From Octopus bimaculoides (taxonomy: Eukaryota): DNA of 64,000 bases. The position numbers and the translations under genes are program-made. The DNA lies in assembly GCF_001194135.2 (NCBI RefSeq), contig NC_068996.1:53353504-53417503 (forward strand). The letters run 5' to 3'. Below, piece after piece: positions 23,801 through 36,049 of the stretch (the first letter of the stretch is position 1; each line of letters begins with the position of its first letter). The notes below the pieces were generated by a model. It worked only from the letters and a program-made list of their open reading frames with translations, made no database searches and was not told where the DNA came from.

Positions 23801-26769
23801 TGGAAATATACAGAATTTTGCCAAGAAATCTCATTTTCCTTGGCGTCATTCAACGTTGCACCTACTTTTATATTCGATTTTTGTCTCTGTACTTTCATGT
23901 ACTCTGTCTGTTATATATAATATAATATATAAATTTGGGTGCCTCTGTATGTTTCCATTTCCCTTACGTGTCAGTATGTATAATGTTTTATCTCGTGTAC
24001 ATTGTTTCTGTGAGTTTTTTTTTTTTTATGCGCTTTTCCTTGTAGGTACATATGACAAGACGATGTATATGCGTGTCTTTGCCTCTGGCTATATGTGCCT
24101 GTTAGTGTAAATCTGTGCTTGAACTCGCCTTAGTCTCTATTTTTGCATGTAATTTGATGTTAATGTACCCATACCACTAGTTGTTTCTAATACATATTGG
24201 TGTATTTCATTGCCAAATTTTGTTGCAACAGCAAGCAGAAAAACTTGTACAGCAAAATTTGGTTGCGTTTATACTCAAGCACCTGTTTGGATGTGTCTAT
24301 GAACACAAACAGGTAAGTTTGCAGATACAAACATACATTGTCCGGATGCAGTAAGATAAGGTACAAAACCATGCAGTTAAGTTCACACAACTCTCATGGG
24401 TAGACTTACAGATGTGTAATGTATTTATGCACGTTTTCCCCGTATATTTGTGTTTATCTGTGCACGTCTAGTTTGATTAATCTTAATTGTTTAATTGTAC
24501 CGGTGGTTTTTATTTAATTTTTAAATTACTGTAAAAATGATTCATCAAGACCACTCAAGTGTGAATTTTCATGAGATTACACAGAAATTTCGGTACATAT
24601 AATTGTGGCATTAGTTCTTTTTTTTTTTTTTTCTATTTCGTCACTTCTAAAGGCTATATTTTGTCTATTGTTTAATCCGGCAGAATTTTGGTTAAAAGCG
24701 TTTCAGTCTTGTCGAACGTCTATTTTGAAATACTGTAGCCTTTCTTTTTCAAGACAGAAGAATGTAATTTAAGGAAATTTGGTTGCTATTTCTTAGTTTG
24801 CCGAACTACAACGAGAAGTTTTCTCTTTGCCTTGATATATATATATATATACAATTTCTGTTGGTGCTTGATATCATGAAAGAATAAAACATTTTATGGA
24901 CATTTCAATGATGTATCCATATGCAACCAGTTGAAAATTTATTTAGTCGCATAGTTATAGAAGTATTAAAAGGTTAAACCAAAATTTAAGAGAAACTAGA
25001 TTATCTGCTTTTTTATTTTTCTTCCTGGTGAGAATTTATCTATGTTTATCTGGACACCTGCATTTTTATTTATGGTCTTAACTAACGTTCATGTTACTGG
25101 CGACAAATTGCAAATCTTCTTTAGAAAGAGAAAGTGATTTATGAACATGCCCAGTTTTCCATTTGGTGAACGGTGGGTTTGCTGTAAGATTTAACACGAT
25201 TCCCTCTCCACGCCATCATCGGCCATTCTCCATTATATGTAGCCTTTTTCACATAACGCTCATCTGTTAACATTTGCTGCACAGTGCAGTTCAAAGCTCC
25301 TCTGCATACATCAGCTGATACCTTTTTTTGCCCAACTGGATTCTTACCTGTTTTATATTATGCATCCAATGTATCTTACTTCTCTCATTTTTCTCCGTAA
25401 CTTCTACAAATCTTGTGAATTTTATTCATGTCTTATTACTATGCAGACTCCCATTTCATACGTATCCTTCATATACTCTGATTTTTGCATCGGGGAAAAA
25501 AGTCCCTTTTTTTTTCAAATGCTGCAACAGTTCCCTGCTCAAGCAACCACACTTGAATTGCAGCCTAAATCATTCACAAGGTGACAAACTATCGTCTCTG
25601 TTTAATCAGGACTTAAGACCACTTCATTGGCTTCTTTCCAAGTGCTTACTAATTACTCATGTACATCAAGTGCATCTGAAGTACTAATTGTTTATCAATA
25701 ATAACGGCACATCCTTATAACCTTTTCTACATTGCTTGTTTCAATTTTTTTTTTTGCATCCACTTTTTGCTTGTCTTGGGTTGGATGAGTCTTGTTGTCT
25801 CATCATATGATCGTTCATCATCTGGCATTCACAGTAACAGAAATGTAGCTGGATGTCTTTGCTGTCACTGACCACAAATATTTAGTACACCTACTTCCAC
25901 TTCATATTGATACATGCCTTTTATTTATGGCTGTGTAGCCACATCATTTTGGATTAAACCTTACTGTACAAAACACCTTGTCTTTGATCATAACCTTTTA
26001 TTAAGAAAGCTATGAGAATGAACTTTGATAGACAGAAACTAAATAGAAAGCTTTTAGTGAGACTCTCCACTCTACCACAAACTGGCCTTGGGCTGCCTTT
26101 ACTGGAGTCCATTCTGTTGTTAATTTTTCGGGCCAGGTTTCCAGTCTCAGGCCCCTTCCTTTCTCCCTTCCTTGGATAATATTCCTCTTGGTTGTTTGTT
26201 TTTTTTAGGCATACTTTTTGATTTTCATTAAATAATTTATTTACTATGTTTTTTTATTTAGTAGTTTTTAATTTTTTAGTATATGCTGAAATTATATCCA
26301 CAATTTAAAAAATTGTATCAGTGAAAGTAGGTTCATCTTAGTTTTGGTTTGTAGCTCAGAAATAATCAACTCTTGCACTAAGGGGAAAATAATTCTTGTG
26401 TACCAGACATGGCTAATAGGCACAGGCATGGCTATGTGCTTCAGAAGTCCACTTTTCAACCATGTGGTTTCCACGGGTACCCAGTGACAGAGAGAAGAGA
26501 GGGAGAGATAGGTACAAAAAAGAGGACAGAGACAGGTGTGCTGATGTAAAGGAGATACTTGGTTACCTAATCAGAGGGAAAAACCAAGAGAATGATCAAG
26601 AATAAAGGCAGAATAGGGATGTTAAAGGCGGCGAGCTGGCAGAAACGTTAGCATGCCGGGTGAAATGCTTAGTGGTATTTCATCTGTCTACGTTCTAAGT
26701 TCAAATTCCGCCGAGGTCGACTTTGCCTTTCATCCTTTCATCATCATCATCATCATCATCATCGTTTAA

Positions 26770-27694
26770 NNNNNNNNNNNNNNNNNNNNNNNNNNNNNNN
26801 NNNNNNNNNNNNNNNNNNNNNNNNNNNNNNNNNNNNNNNNNNNNNNNNNNNNNNNNNNNNNNNNNNNNNNNNNNNNNNNNNNNNNNNNNNNNNNNNNNNN
26901 NNNNNNNNNNNNNNNNNNNNNNNNNNNNNNNNNNNNNNNNNNNNNNNNNNNNNNNNNNNNNNNNNNNNNNNNNNNNNNNNNNNNNNNNNNNNNNNNNNNN
27001 NNNNNNNNNNNNNNNNNNNNNNNNNNNNNNNNNNNNNNNNNNNNNNNNNNNNNNNNNNNNNNNNNNNNNNNNNNNNNNNNNNNNNNNNNNNNNNNNNNNN
27101 NNNNNNNNNNNNNNNNNNNNNNNNNNNNNNNNNNNNNNNNNNNNNNNNNNNNNNNNNNNNNNNNNNNNNNNNNNNNNNNNNNNNNNNNNNNNNNNNNNNN
27201 NNNNNNNNNNNNNNNNNNNNNNNNNNNNNNNNNNNNNNNNNNNNNNNNNNNNNNNNNNNNNNNNNNNNNNNNNNNNNNNNNNNNNNNNNNNNNNNNNNNN
27301 NNNNNNNNNNNNNNNNNNNNNNNNNNNNNNNNNNNNNNNNNNNNNNNNNNNNNNNNNNNNNNNNNNNNNNNNNNNNNNNNNNNNNNNNNNNNNNNNNNNN
27401 NNNNNNNNNNNNNNNNNNNNNNNNNNNNNNNNNNNNNNNNNNNNNNNNNNNNNNNNNNNNNNNNNNNNNNNNNNNNNNNNNNNNNNNNNNNNNNNNNNNN
27501 NNNNNNNNNNNNNNNNNNNNNNNNNNNNNNNNNNNNNNNNNNNNNNNNNNNNNNNNNNNNNNNNNNNNNNNNNNNNNNNNNNNNNNNNNNNNNNNNNNNN
27601 NNNNNNNNNNNNNNNNNNNNNNNNNNNNNNNNNNNNNNNNNNNNNNNNNNNNNNNNNNNNNNNNNNNNNNNNNNNNNNNNNNNNNNNNNNNNNN
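26770..27694. other. Assembly gap (largest of several N runs)
   Basis: N runs also at 8030-8860, 13593-13723, 16666-17190, 21985-22215 and several 10-N gaps. Most abut microsatellites. Confidence 0.99.
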
Positions 27695-28019
27695 CCCAGA
27701 TAGCGGAAGCTATCGACTACCTCTAGTTTTTCACCCTGGAATGAGATAGAAGTTGTTTCCTGTTTGTTTGCAGTCTTTATTGCACCTGAACATCTGCCAC
27801 AAACAAAAACTAACTTGCTAGTTAACCTGCCTTTGATGTTGCTGCACCTCTTATGTGTCCATAGCTTGCACCGGGTACATCTTATAGAGTTACTACCTAC
27901 TCCTTTTCTACATTAAGTACCAGTTACGCACTGGGTTGATATAATCGACTTAATCTGTTTGTCTGTCCTTGTTTGTCCCCTCTGTGTGTAGCCCCTTGTG
28001 GGCAGTAAAGAAATAACAT

Positions 28020-28920
28020 AAAGGTGTGCTGTAGAGGAGATACATGGCTACCCAGCCAGAAGGAAGAGCAAGGGAAGGGTAAGGGTGTGGAAAACAGCAG
28101 GAGAGAGAGATAGTGGTCAAGTGCCAGGGTATACTCACAAGTAACAATGACCAGAGCTTAGGTGCAATGGTAGAGTAAGGAAGAGAGAGTTACGGAGGTC
28201 ATAGTATACGTGGTCAGGTATTGCCAAGAAAGCGCAAGTAGAGAGTGAGGATTGCAATGACTGGTCAAAAACCTGGGTAGAGGGCAGTGACGGTGAAGAA
28301 AGGGGATTGGAAGACAATCATAGTTTATAAAGAAATGTGAGAAAGAGAAAGATGCTGTTTAGAAGAGATGTAGTTTGGTTCCTCGAGGTAGGGTGTGTGA
28401 AAAGTTTGTTGTTACATGTGGGTGGGGCAGTTTCACTGACATGAGCAGGGCTTCTGTAGGACCTCATATTGCTAAACATACCAGTCCATTGCCATTTCCT
28501 CCATGAGCCTTGACATCCTAAGATCGGTCCTCCCCACTTCATCCCATGTCTTTCTGGGTCTCCTTCTTCCATCATTTTCATCTGCTTGGATTGGACAGGT
28601 CATGAGGGCCTTTCTTATTGGCAGTCACTGTTCCCTACACTGGTGCTTTTGAGTTGGTCCCTTTTGCTGGATGCCCCTCCTCTTGCCAACCTCTTAAGTG
28701 TACTGAATTCTTTTTCTCGTGACACCAACACTAGACAGGTTTCATACATGTATATATGCTGGTGACATGTAAAAGGCAAGCAGTACACTCTGGAACGGTT
28801 GGTGTTAGGAAGGGCATCCAACCATAGAAACAAAACCAAAACAGACTGGAACCTACTTCAGCTCCCTGACCTACCCATGCTGTCTTACCAATGCTAGCAT
28901 GGAAAATGGATGCTAAACAA
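28020..28920 (-). mobile_element. RTE C-terminus plus long 3' UTR, with an adjacent RTE tail copy
   Basis: GDPERHGMKW/GRPRKTWDEVV-like remnant at about 28430-28590. UTR blocks are shared with 60900-61480. Confidence 0.65.
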
Positions 28921-29343
28921 TGAGAGTCAAGATATTCGTTACTCATCGCCACTTAAGTGAGACTGTGATTAAAATTCACGTAATGACTAATTGCTCTAAA
29001 CTTTAAACGATCTCTGGTTTAACAATCTTTTCCTTCAAAAATAGGTAAGGATTAACAGGTAAGAAGAGCATCCAGCTTTAAGTAACTCTCTGTCTAATAT
29101 GGAAAAAAACAATGAACAAATATTATTTTCTACTATAGGCACAAGGCCTGAAATTTTGGGGGAGAAGTGGGGTGGGGGTGCAGTTGATTAGATCGACCAC
29201 AGAACGCAACTGGTACTTAATTTATCGACCCCGAAAGGATGAAAGGCAAAGTCGACCTAGGCAGAATTTGAACCCAGAACATAGTGATGGAAAATGAACA
29301 AATATTTGCTTGTTACTGTTTGTTGATATTATATTTGCTTTCT

Positions 29344-29557
29344 AAGGCAGTGAGATGGCTGAATCATCAGAATGCCAGCCAAAATGTTTAGTGGTATTTT
29401 GTCCATCATTACATTTTGAGTTCAAATTCCTCTGAAGTTGACTTTGCCTTTCATCTTTCTGGGGTCAATAAAAGAAGTACCAGTTGGGCACTGGGGTCAA
29501 TGTAATTGATTTACCCCATATCTGAAATTTGCTGGCCTTGTGCCTTTAGTAGAAAGG

Positions 29558-29592
<35 letters not shown>

Positions 29593-29930
29593 AGGTGACA
29601 AGTTGGCAGAATCTTTAGCACGTCAAGCGAAATGCTTAGCGGCATTTCATCTGCTAGAATGTTCTGAATTCAAATTCTGCCAAGGCTGACTTTGCCTTTC
29701 ATCCTTTTGGAGTTGATAAATTAAGTACCAGTTGTGTACTGGGATCAATGAAATCAATTATTCCCCTCTCCCAAATTTCAGGCCTTGTGCCTTTAGTAGA
29801 AAGGATTATTATTATTAAGGCGGTGAAATAGCAGAATTAGTAACATGCCGGACAGAATGCTTAGCGGCATTTCGTCCATTTTTATGTTCTGAGTTCAAAT
29901 TTGCTGGCCTTGTGGCAAAATCTGAAACTA
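29344..29930 (+). mobile_element. Three head-to-tail copies of tRNA-derived SINE family B
   Basis: Heads aaggc(g/a)g..gagctggcagaa at 29344, 29592 and 29817, separated by (ATT)n. Core gactttgcctttcatcctttcggggtcgataaattaagtaccag. Other copies at about 5440-5610(-), 21110-21300, 26625-26740, 29115-29285(-), 32995-33145, 41665-41850, 45311-45735 (two) and 52250-52420. Confidence 0.75.
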
Positions 29931-32120
29931 ATATTATATTTGCTTCCTGTGCAGAAGCAAATAAAATATTATATTTATAAACTTGCTCTTATATGTTTCA
30001 TAATAAAAGCGAAGCAATAACAACACAATTTCTAGTAATTATAAAGATTTAACTTGTAGAAACAGGCATATTTGTGTGGTAAGAAGCTTGCTTCCCAATC
30101 ACATAGTTCTGAGTTCAGTCCCATTGCGTGGCACCTTGGACAAGTGTCTTCTACTATAGCCTCAGGTCTACCAAAGCCTTGTCAGTCGATTTCATAAACA
30201 GAAACTGAAAGAAGCCTGTCGTGTGTGTGTGTGTATATATATATGTATGTATCTATGTGTGTGTGCTTGTGTCAGTCCCCCCTGTTGCAAACTATAAATC
30301 TTTTTAATCTTTGTACATACAGCATAAGCCATCTGTCTCCAAACAGATACAGGCAATTTAACATATACAGAAAGTGTGTAGTATATTCTTGACCAAGTGT
30401 AATTTTCATAATTTAGAACAAGAACAATCTATCCTACCAGGCTTTTTGAATTATTTTTCTTTAGATTTTTCCTTATACAATTTACTTTTGCCCAAGAATG
30501 TACTAAACTCATTCTGTATGTGTTTAATTGTCCATACCTAGAAATGACCATGCTACATTGATGCGACCAAACTGAGTTTCAAACACATCCATAACTCTCT
30601 TTTTCTCTTCCCCACTCTTTCTACCCTCTATAACAGAGACTAGATATCCTTTTTTCCAAAACAGGAAAACATGTTAACTCAACCAGGAAATTCTCAATTT
30701 CTTGGTATTATCTCCTCTTGTCATTTGGCATATAAGATTATCATCACTAAGCTTTGGTTTCACTCCCCTTTCATACTGGTTATTTTAAATTTAGCATTTA
30801 TCACATGTAGGATAGTACACACCCCATCAACTTTGTGATCTAATTTCATATTACTAGTAATTTTCGTATTTATACATATGTAAGTATATAAATGCAGTTT
30901 GGTTGAATATTTAAGAAATATGCACCTTTAACCCTTAGGAGACAGCAGAGCCAGTCTATTGGTCGAAAAGTCAAATGACAAAGAAGATTGTATTAGTTCA
31001 TCAAGATCCTACAAGAATGTATATAGTTTTATATATGTAAAGTAATTACTTTTTTTTTTTTTTTTGAAAAATAAGTGCATGCCCTCTGTAGGGCTTATGA
31101 AAAGGGCTCTGCTTTTTTGGCACTGAAACTCCAAGAGGCCTTGCCTCCAAAGGGTTACATCTTATATATAGATGCAGACATGGCTTTGTGGTTCACCTCT
31201 CAGTCATGTTCAGTCCCACTGTGCAGAACCTTCTACTGTAGCTCCTGGCTATCAAGGGCCTTGTGAGTGAATTTGATACATGGAAACTGTGTGAAGCCCA
31301 TCGTGGATGTGTGTATCTGAATATTTGCATACTGCGTTATGCAGAAAAAATGGTGAAATTTGTCAATATTCCCTGTTGACAAATCTGCTAGCTCTGCACT
31401 TTCAAAGAGATATGGAACCAAAAAATCCTTTGCTTGAAAACATGTAAGAATTAGTAACAAGATAGGTATATGCTTGTAAAACAATGTCTCAATAATATGT
31501 ATTGATCTAACCCATGCTAGCATAAAAAAACAAAAAGTAAATGTAAAATGAACTGATGTATACACCCATAAATGCACATTATAACCAGAATTTCTTCCTG
31601 CCACCAATCCTCACCTGTTTCTAAGCAAGTTGATATTTCTCCTAGTTTTTCATGCAATAAACAGCTCAGTGACCAGACATGTTGCCAAAGAATATTGCAA
31701 ACAAATGAGACCATTTTTATGAATGCAAATGTCTTGATTCACTTGCAAAGCATTGGTCAGCCTGGAGCTGTAGTAGAAGACACTTGTGGAATTGAACATG
31801 AAATGTTGTAGTTACAAAATGAACTTGTGAACCACATAGCCATACCTGCACCTAAATGCATGTATGTGTGAGTTCCATTCACTTTGAATGCACAACACTA
31901 CCTTGTACAGCTATCCCCCTCCTCCTTAAACACCACATGCCCATATCGATACAGTCTTCTATCTTTGACTCTGCATCTAATTCCTCTTTAGTTTTTCTCT
32001 CAGTTCTGTCTTGCACGTGAGTATTACACACCCAGTGAAGTATGTTGTCATTCATTTCCATGCCAAAGAAAAGAATGGTGTGTGTATGTGTATATATGTG
32101 TGTGTGTGTGTGTGTGTATA

Positions 32121-32159
<39 letters not shown>

Positions 32160-32243
32160 GGTACTGAAATACCAGCTTGCTAGAAATAGGAGTCAACACT
32201 TTATTATTATTGTTATTTTTAATAATGGTAATAATACTTTATT

Positions 32244-32284
<41 letters not shown>

Positions 32285-33779
32285 CAGAAGCAACAAAGTG
32301 ACTCAAAGGCCAAGAGTTCCATGCATTATCCTTTCAGTCACTCTGTTGTTTCCATTAAATATTAACAGAAAATGGCACCCGTGCCAGTGACTTGTAAAAG
32401 CACCCATTAAACTCTCGGAGTGGTTAGCATTAGGAAGGACATCCAGCCATAGAAAACCATGCCAAATCAGTCTGGAGTCTGGTGCAGCCTCCCAGCATGG
32501 ACAACAGTTGTTAAATGATGATGATGATACACACCCACACACACGGTTCAGTAAGTCCTTCTGTTTTTTAACCATTATTGGCTTTTTTAAAGAAGTTTTT
32601 CTTTAGGATAGTATAATGTGATTTCAAGGAAATATAACTGCTATTCCTAACAAATGATGTAGGAGTAAGGCGGTGCTCTAGCATGGCCGCAGTCAAATGA
32701 CTGAGACAAGTAAAAGAGAGAGAGTCACAGAGTCTCTCATAGGCTGTTTCATAAATTTAGAGAATTATGACATACATATAAAGAAATTTCCAGTATGTAA
32801 AAAGATCATGGTTTACTTAAAATACTGAAAAATAAATGAAATTTTGTTTACTGTAGAGATTGTACTGTAACCTGCTGTTATCACATCTCCTAACTAAATA
32901 CCTATAAGTTAACTTAATGCTTTTTCTCTTCTCTGCATGAGTTTTTAAAATGTAAGTTCTTTATTGCCTTATTGCAGACAATAATTCTTTATTTGTGAGG
33001 TGGTGAGCTGGCAGAAACGTTAGCACATTGGGTGAAATGCTTAGCGGTATTTCATCTGTCTTATGTTCTGAGTTCAAATTTTGCTGAGGTTGACTTTGCC
33101 TGTCATCCTTTTGGGGTCGATAAATTAAGTACCAGTTGCGTACTGGGGTTGATCTAATTGACTGGCCCTCTCCAAAGTGTTGGGCCTTGTGCCTTGAGAA
33201 GAAAAGAATATTTCTTCATTTGTCTTGAGAATGTGTGTGTGTGTGTAACAAGGGGAAGAAGAGCCATAGTTGACAAAATGAGCACAAGTTGAAATCAGTT
33301 AATCATATTCATTGTTACTTTAGATTGAAATATGAGAAGTGTTGGTCTGGTAGAGCTAGAAAAAAAGAATAGAAAAACAGAATTTATTTCACAATATCAT
33401 ATGGTTGACTTTAGGAAGGGCATCCAGCCATAGAAAACCAGATTGCCAAATTAGACTGGGGTCTGGTGCAACCTTTCAGCATGCTAGCCTGGTCAAACTG
33501 TCCAATCCATGCCAGCATGGACAATGGACATTAAATGAGGATATAGGTGTGTCTTTTTTTTTTTGATAAAGGATTTTTCTGTGGTGATGAATGTCAATAA
33601 CCTGGAGTTGTTTGCTAATGTAGCATTCATGTTTTACTGACAAGTTGTCAAAATAGAATCAGTCAAAATATTTCACATAACAATTGCCCCCTGGTGGTGG
33701 TGGTGGCAGTGGCAGCAGCGGCAGAACAATCTCTCAAACAGGTGGGAACACATGCACAACAACTTGGATGGAATTTTCA

Positions 33780-35750
33780 GAATATGAGATTAGACACAGT
33801 AAGACAGGAGGGTGAAACCAGGAGCTGCAATTACTGTGGTAGAGCAAATGTGGCATGAAAGTTCATCAAAGGAAATCGAAATGCAAAGAAAACACAAAGC
33901 ATTTAACACTATCAGGGGGCTATATCTGGGAGTATTAAAACTGTGAGTCAACCAGAGGAGAATCAGGGTCAGGAGGTAAACCACAGTTTCCAGGGTCTCT
34001 TTGCTCAACTTGCTCAAAGGTACAAGAAGAAAGGATGAATCTCAAGGCCTTGAAGGCTTTGAGAAAAGCCACATCTGAATTTGCTGCTAACAACAGATCT
34101 GAGATAGGACCTGTTGGACAAGGACTTGAACATCATTCTGGCCAACATTCTGAAGGGCGGTGCTATCAGGAAGATGAGAATCATGGTACAAGTGGTATAC
34201 CAGGCATTCCAAGATACCATTGGCATGAAAGAAGGCAAAAACCAACAAACAGAACTGTCCCAGTAGGAGGCAGTGCAAGATGGCAGAACTGAGGAAAGAG
34301 CTAAGGCAGCTGAAGAAAAGGTGGAGAGATGCAAATGATGAAAGAAAAGGGACTTTAAACCAGCTTAGCTTGGAGTTTCAAAGAAACCAGCTCCAGCTTT
34401 GCGGGGCAGAGTCTCTTCAGGAAAAATAAGAAAGAGAAAGAAGCAAATGAAGGCCTATTTTGACAACCTCTTTCAATTCACAGCTGATTGCCTTGGCAGG
34501 CCAGAAAACATGAGGTTAATAGGCAGTGAGCTGGCAGAATCGTTAGCATGCCGGGCGAAATGCTTAGCAGTATTTCGTCTGCCGTTAAGTTCTGAGTTCA
34601 AATTCCGCCGAGGTTGACTTTGCTTTTCATCCTTTCGGGGTCGATAAATTAAGTACCAGTTACACACTGGGTTGATATAATCGACTTAATCCTTTTGTCT
34701 GTTCTTGTTTGTCCCCTCTATGTTTAGCCCCTTGTGGGCAATAAAGAAATAAGAAAGCATGAGGTTAATATGCTCCAAGGAAGAGTTGGAAAGCAGAGTA
34801 GGAGCAACGCATAGTGACCCCAGATGAAATATTCTGTCAGGAGATTGTCCCTTTTTGTTGCCAATGCTCAAACTTCACATCCTTTCAACATGACAGACTT
34901 CACTATTCACAAAATGAGGGCTGTGGTGGAAAAAGCTTGTGCAAGTTCTGCTCCAGGGCCATTTGGCTCCACATACAGAATTTTACAAAAACTGCCCACT
35001 ATTGTTAAGTAGTCTAGCAAGGTTGTTATGTTTCATCTGAAAGAAGAAGAAACCCTAGCTCTGGATGCTCAGTGAGGGCTGTTTTGTTCCAGAAGATGAA
35101 AATTCAGCAGGATTTGACCAGTCTTGAGAGACCACTCTTAGAAGGTGAGGGTAAAATCTTTTGGGCTATCATAGCCAAAAGGTTAACATCATATCTCTTG
35201 GTCAATGAGTGTCCAGAAAGGAGAGGTCCTAACCTGCTCTAGATGCTTTGAATATACATCAGCAATCAGCCACATCATTAAGAAGGCAAAGAGGAATAAC
35301 CCACTCTTCATTGTAGGGTTGGGTTTTGCCAAAGCATACCTAGACATGCATCACCAGCTTCTCCAAGTACCAACAGAAGTAGTCAAACTCATAAAGTCAC
35401 ACATGAATTTACTGAAGATGGGGTTCATCATTGGAAATTTCATCACTAAATGGCAGAGCTTGGAAAAGGGCACTATGGCAGAATGCACAATTTCCACAGT
35501 CCTATTTGTGGTAGCCATGAAACTACTACTAGGTGTGAGAGGGAAATAGTCAAGGGGTTCCAAAACTCACAAAAACACAGGGAATCCAGTTTGCGGGGCC
35601 TATGGACAACATGACAGTCATGACGCCATCTACCAAAAGAAGACAGTAGACACTGAACTCACTGGAAAAGATGATCACATGAAATTTAATCCACCAAAAT
35701 CTTGGTGCCCGAGTATCCTCAAGGAAAGCTGATAAATGCTGTCTTCAGCT
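33780..35750 (+). mobile_element. Degenerate Hero/R2-group non-LTR retrotransposon (N-terminal part and RT)
   Basis: VVEKACASSAPGP, EGEGKIFWAIIAKRLTSYL, SVQKG..CFEYTSAISHIIKKAK and FITKWQSLEKGTMAECTISTVLF match Hero-type RT motifs. Many stops and frameshifts. Confidence 0.65.
34522..34757 (+). mobile_element. SINE family B copy nested in the Hero-like LINE
   Basis: Perfect 13-bp TSD catgaggttaata at 34509-34521 and 34758-34770. Confidence 0.85.
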
Positions 35751-36049
35751 CTCAGGGGCCAGAGGTTCCGACAGTCCAGGCAAAAATTCCAATGCCTTGG
35801 GAAAAATTATGATCTTACCTATAACCCTTTAGCATTTAAACTGGCCATATCCAACCAAAATATTCTACCTGCCTTATGTTCACACTGGCCGGATCTGGCC
35901 TCTCATGCTTACCCTACAATATCATTCTAAAAATAAACAATCACATCCTCAAAATCTCAGATCTGTAACATAATTTATGATTAATTCAACTTTATTTCGA
36001 GTAACATCTAGGAGGGAATACTTTGGTCTTCTGGTTAGAACTTTGAAAG

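Noticed and set aside
25200-25750. Very old LINE C-terminal remnant (also about 46300-46900)
   Set aside because: Only faint motif resemblance, too degraded to call.
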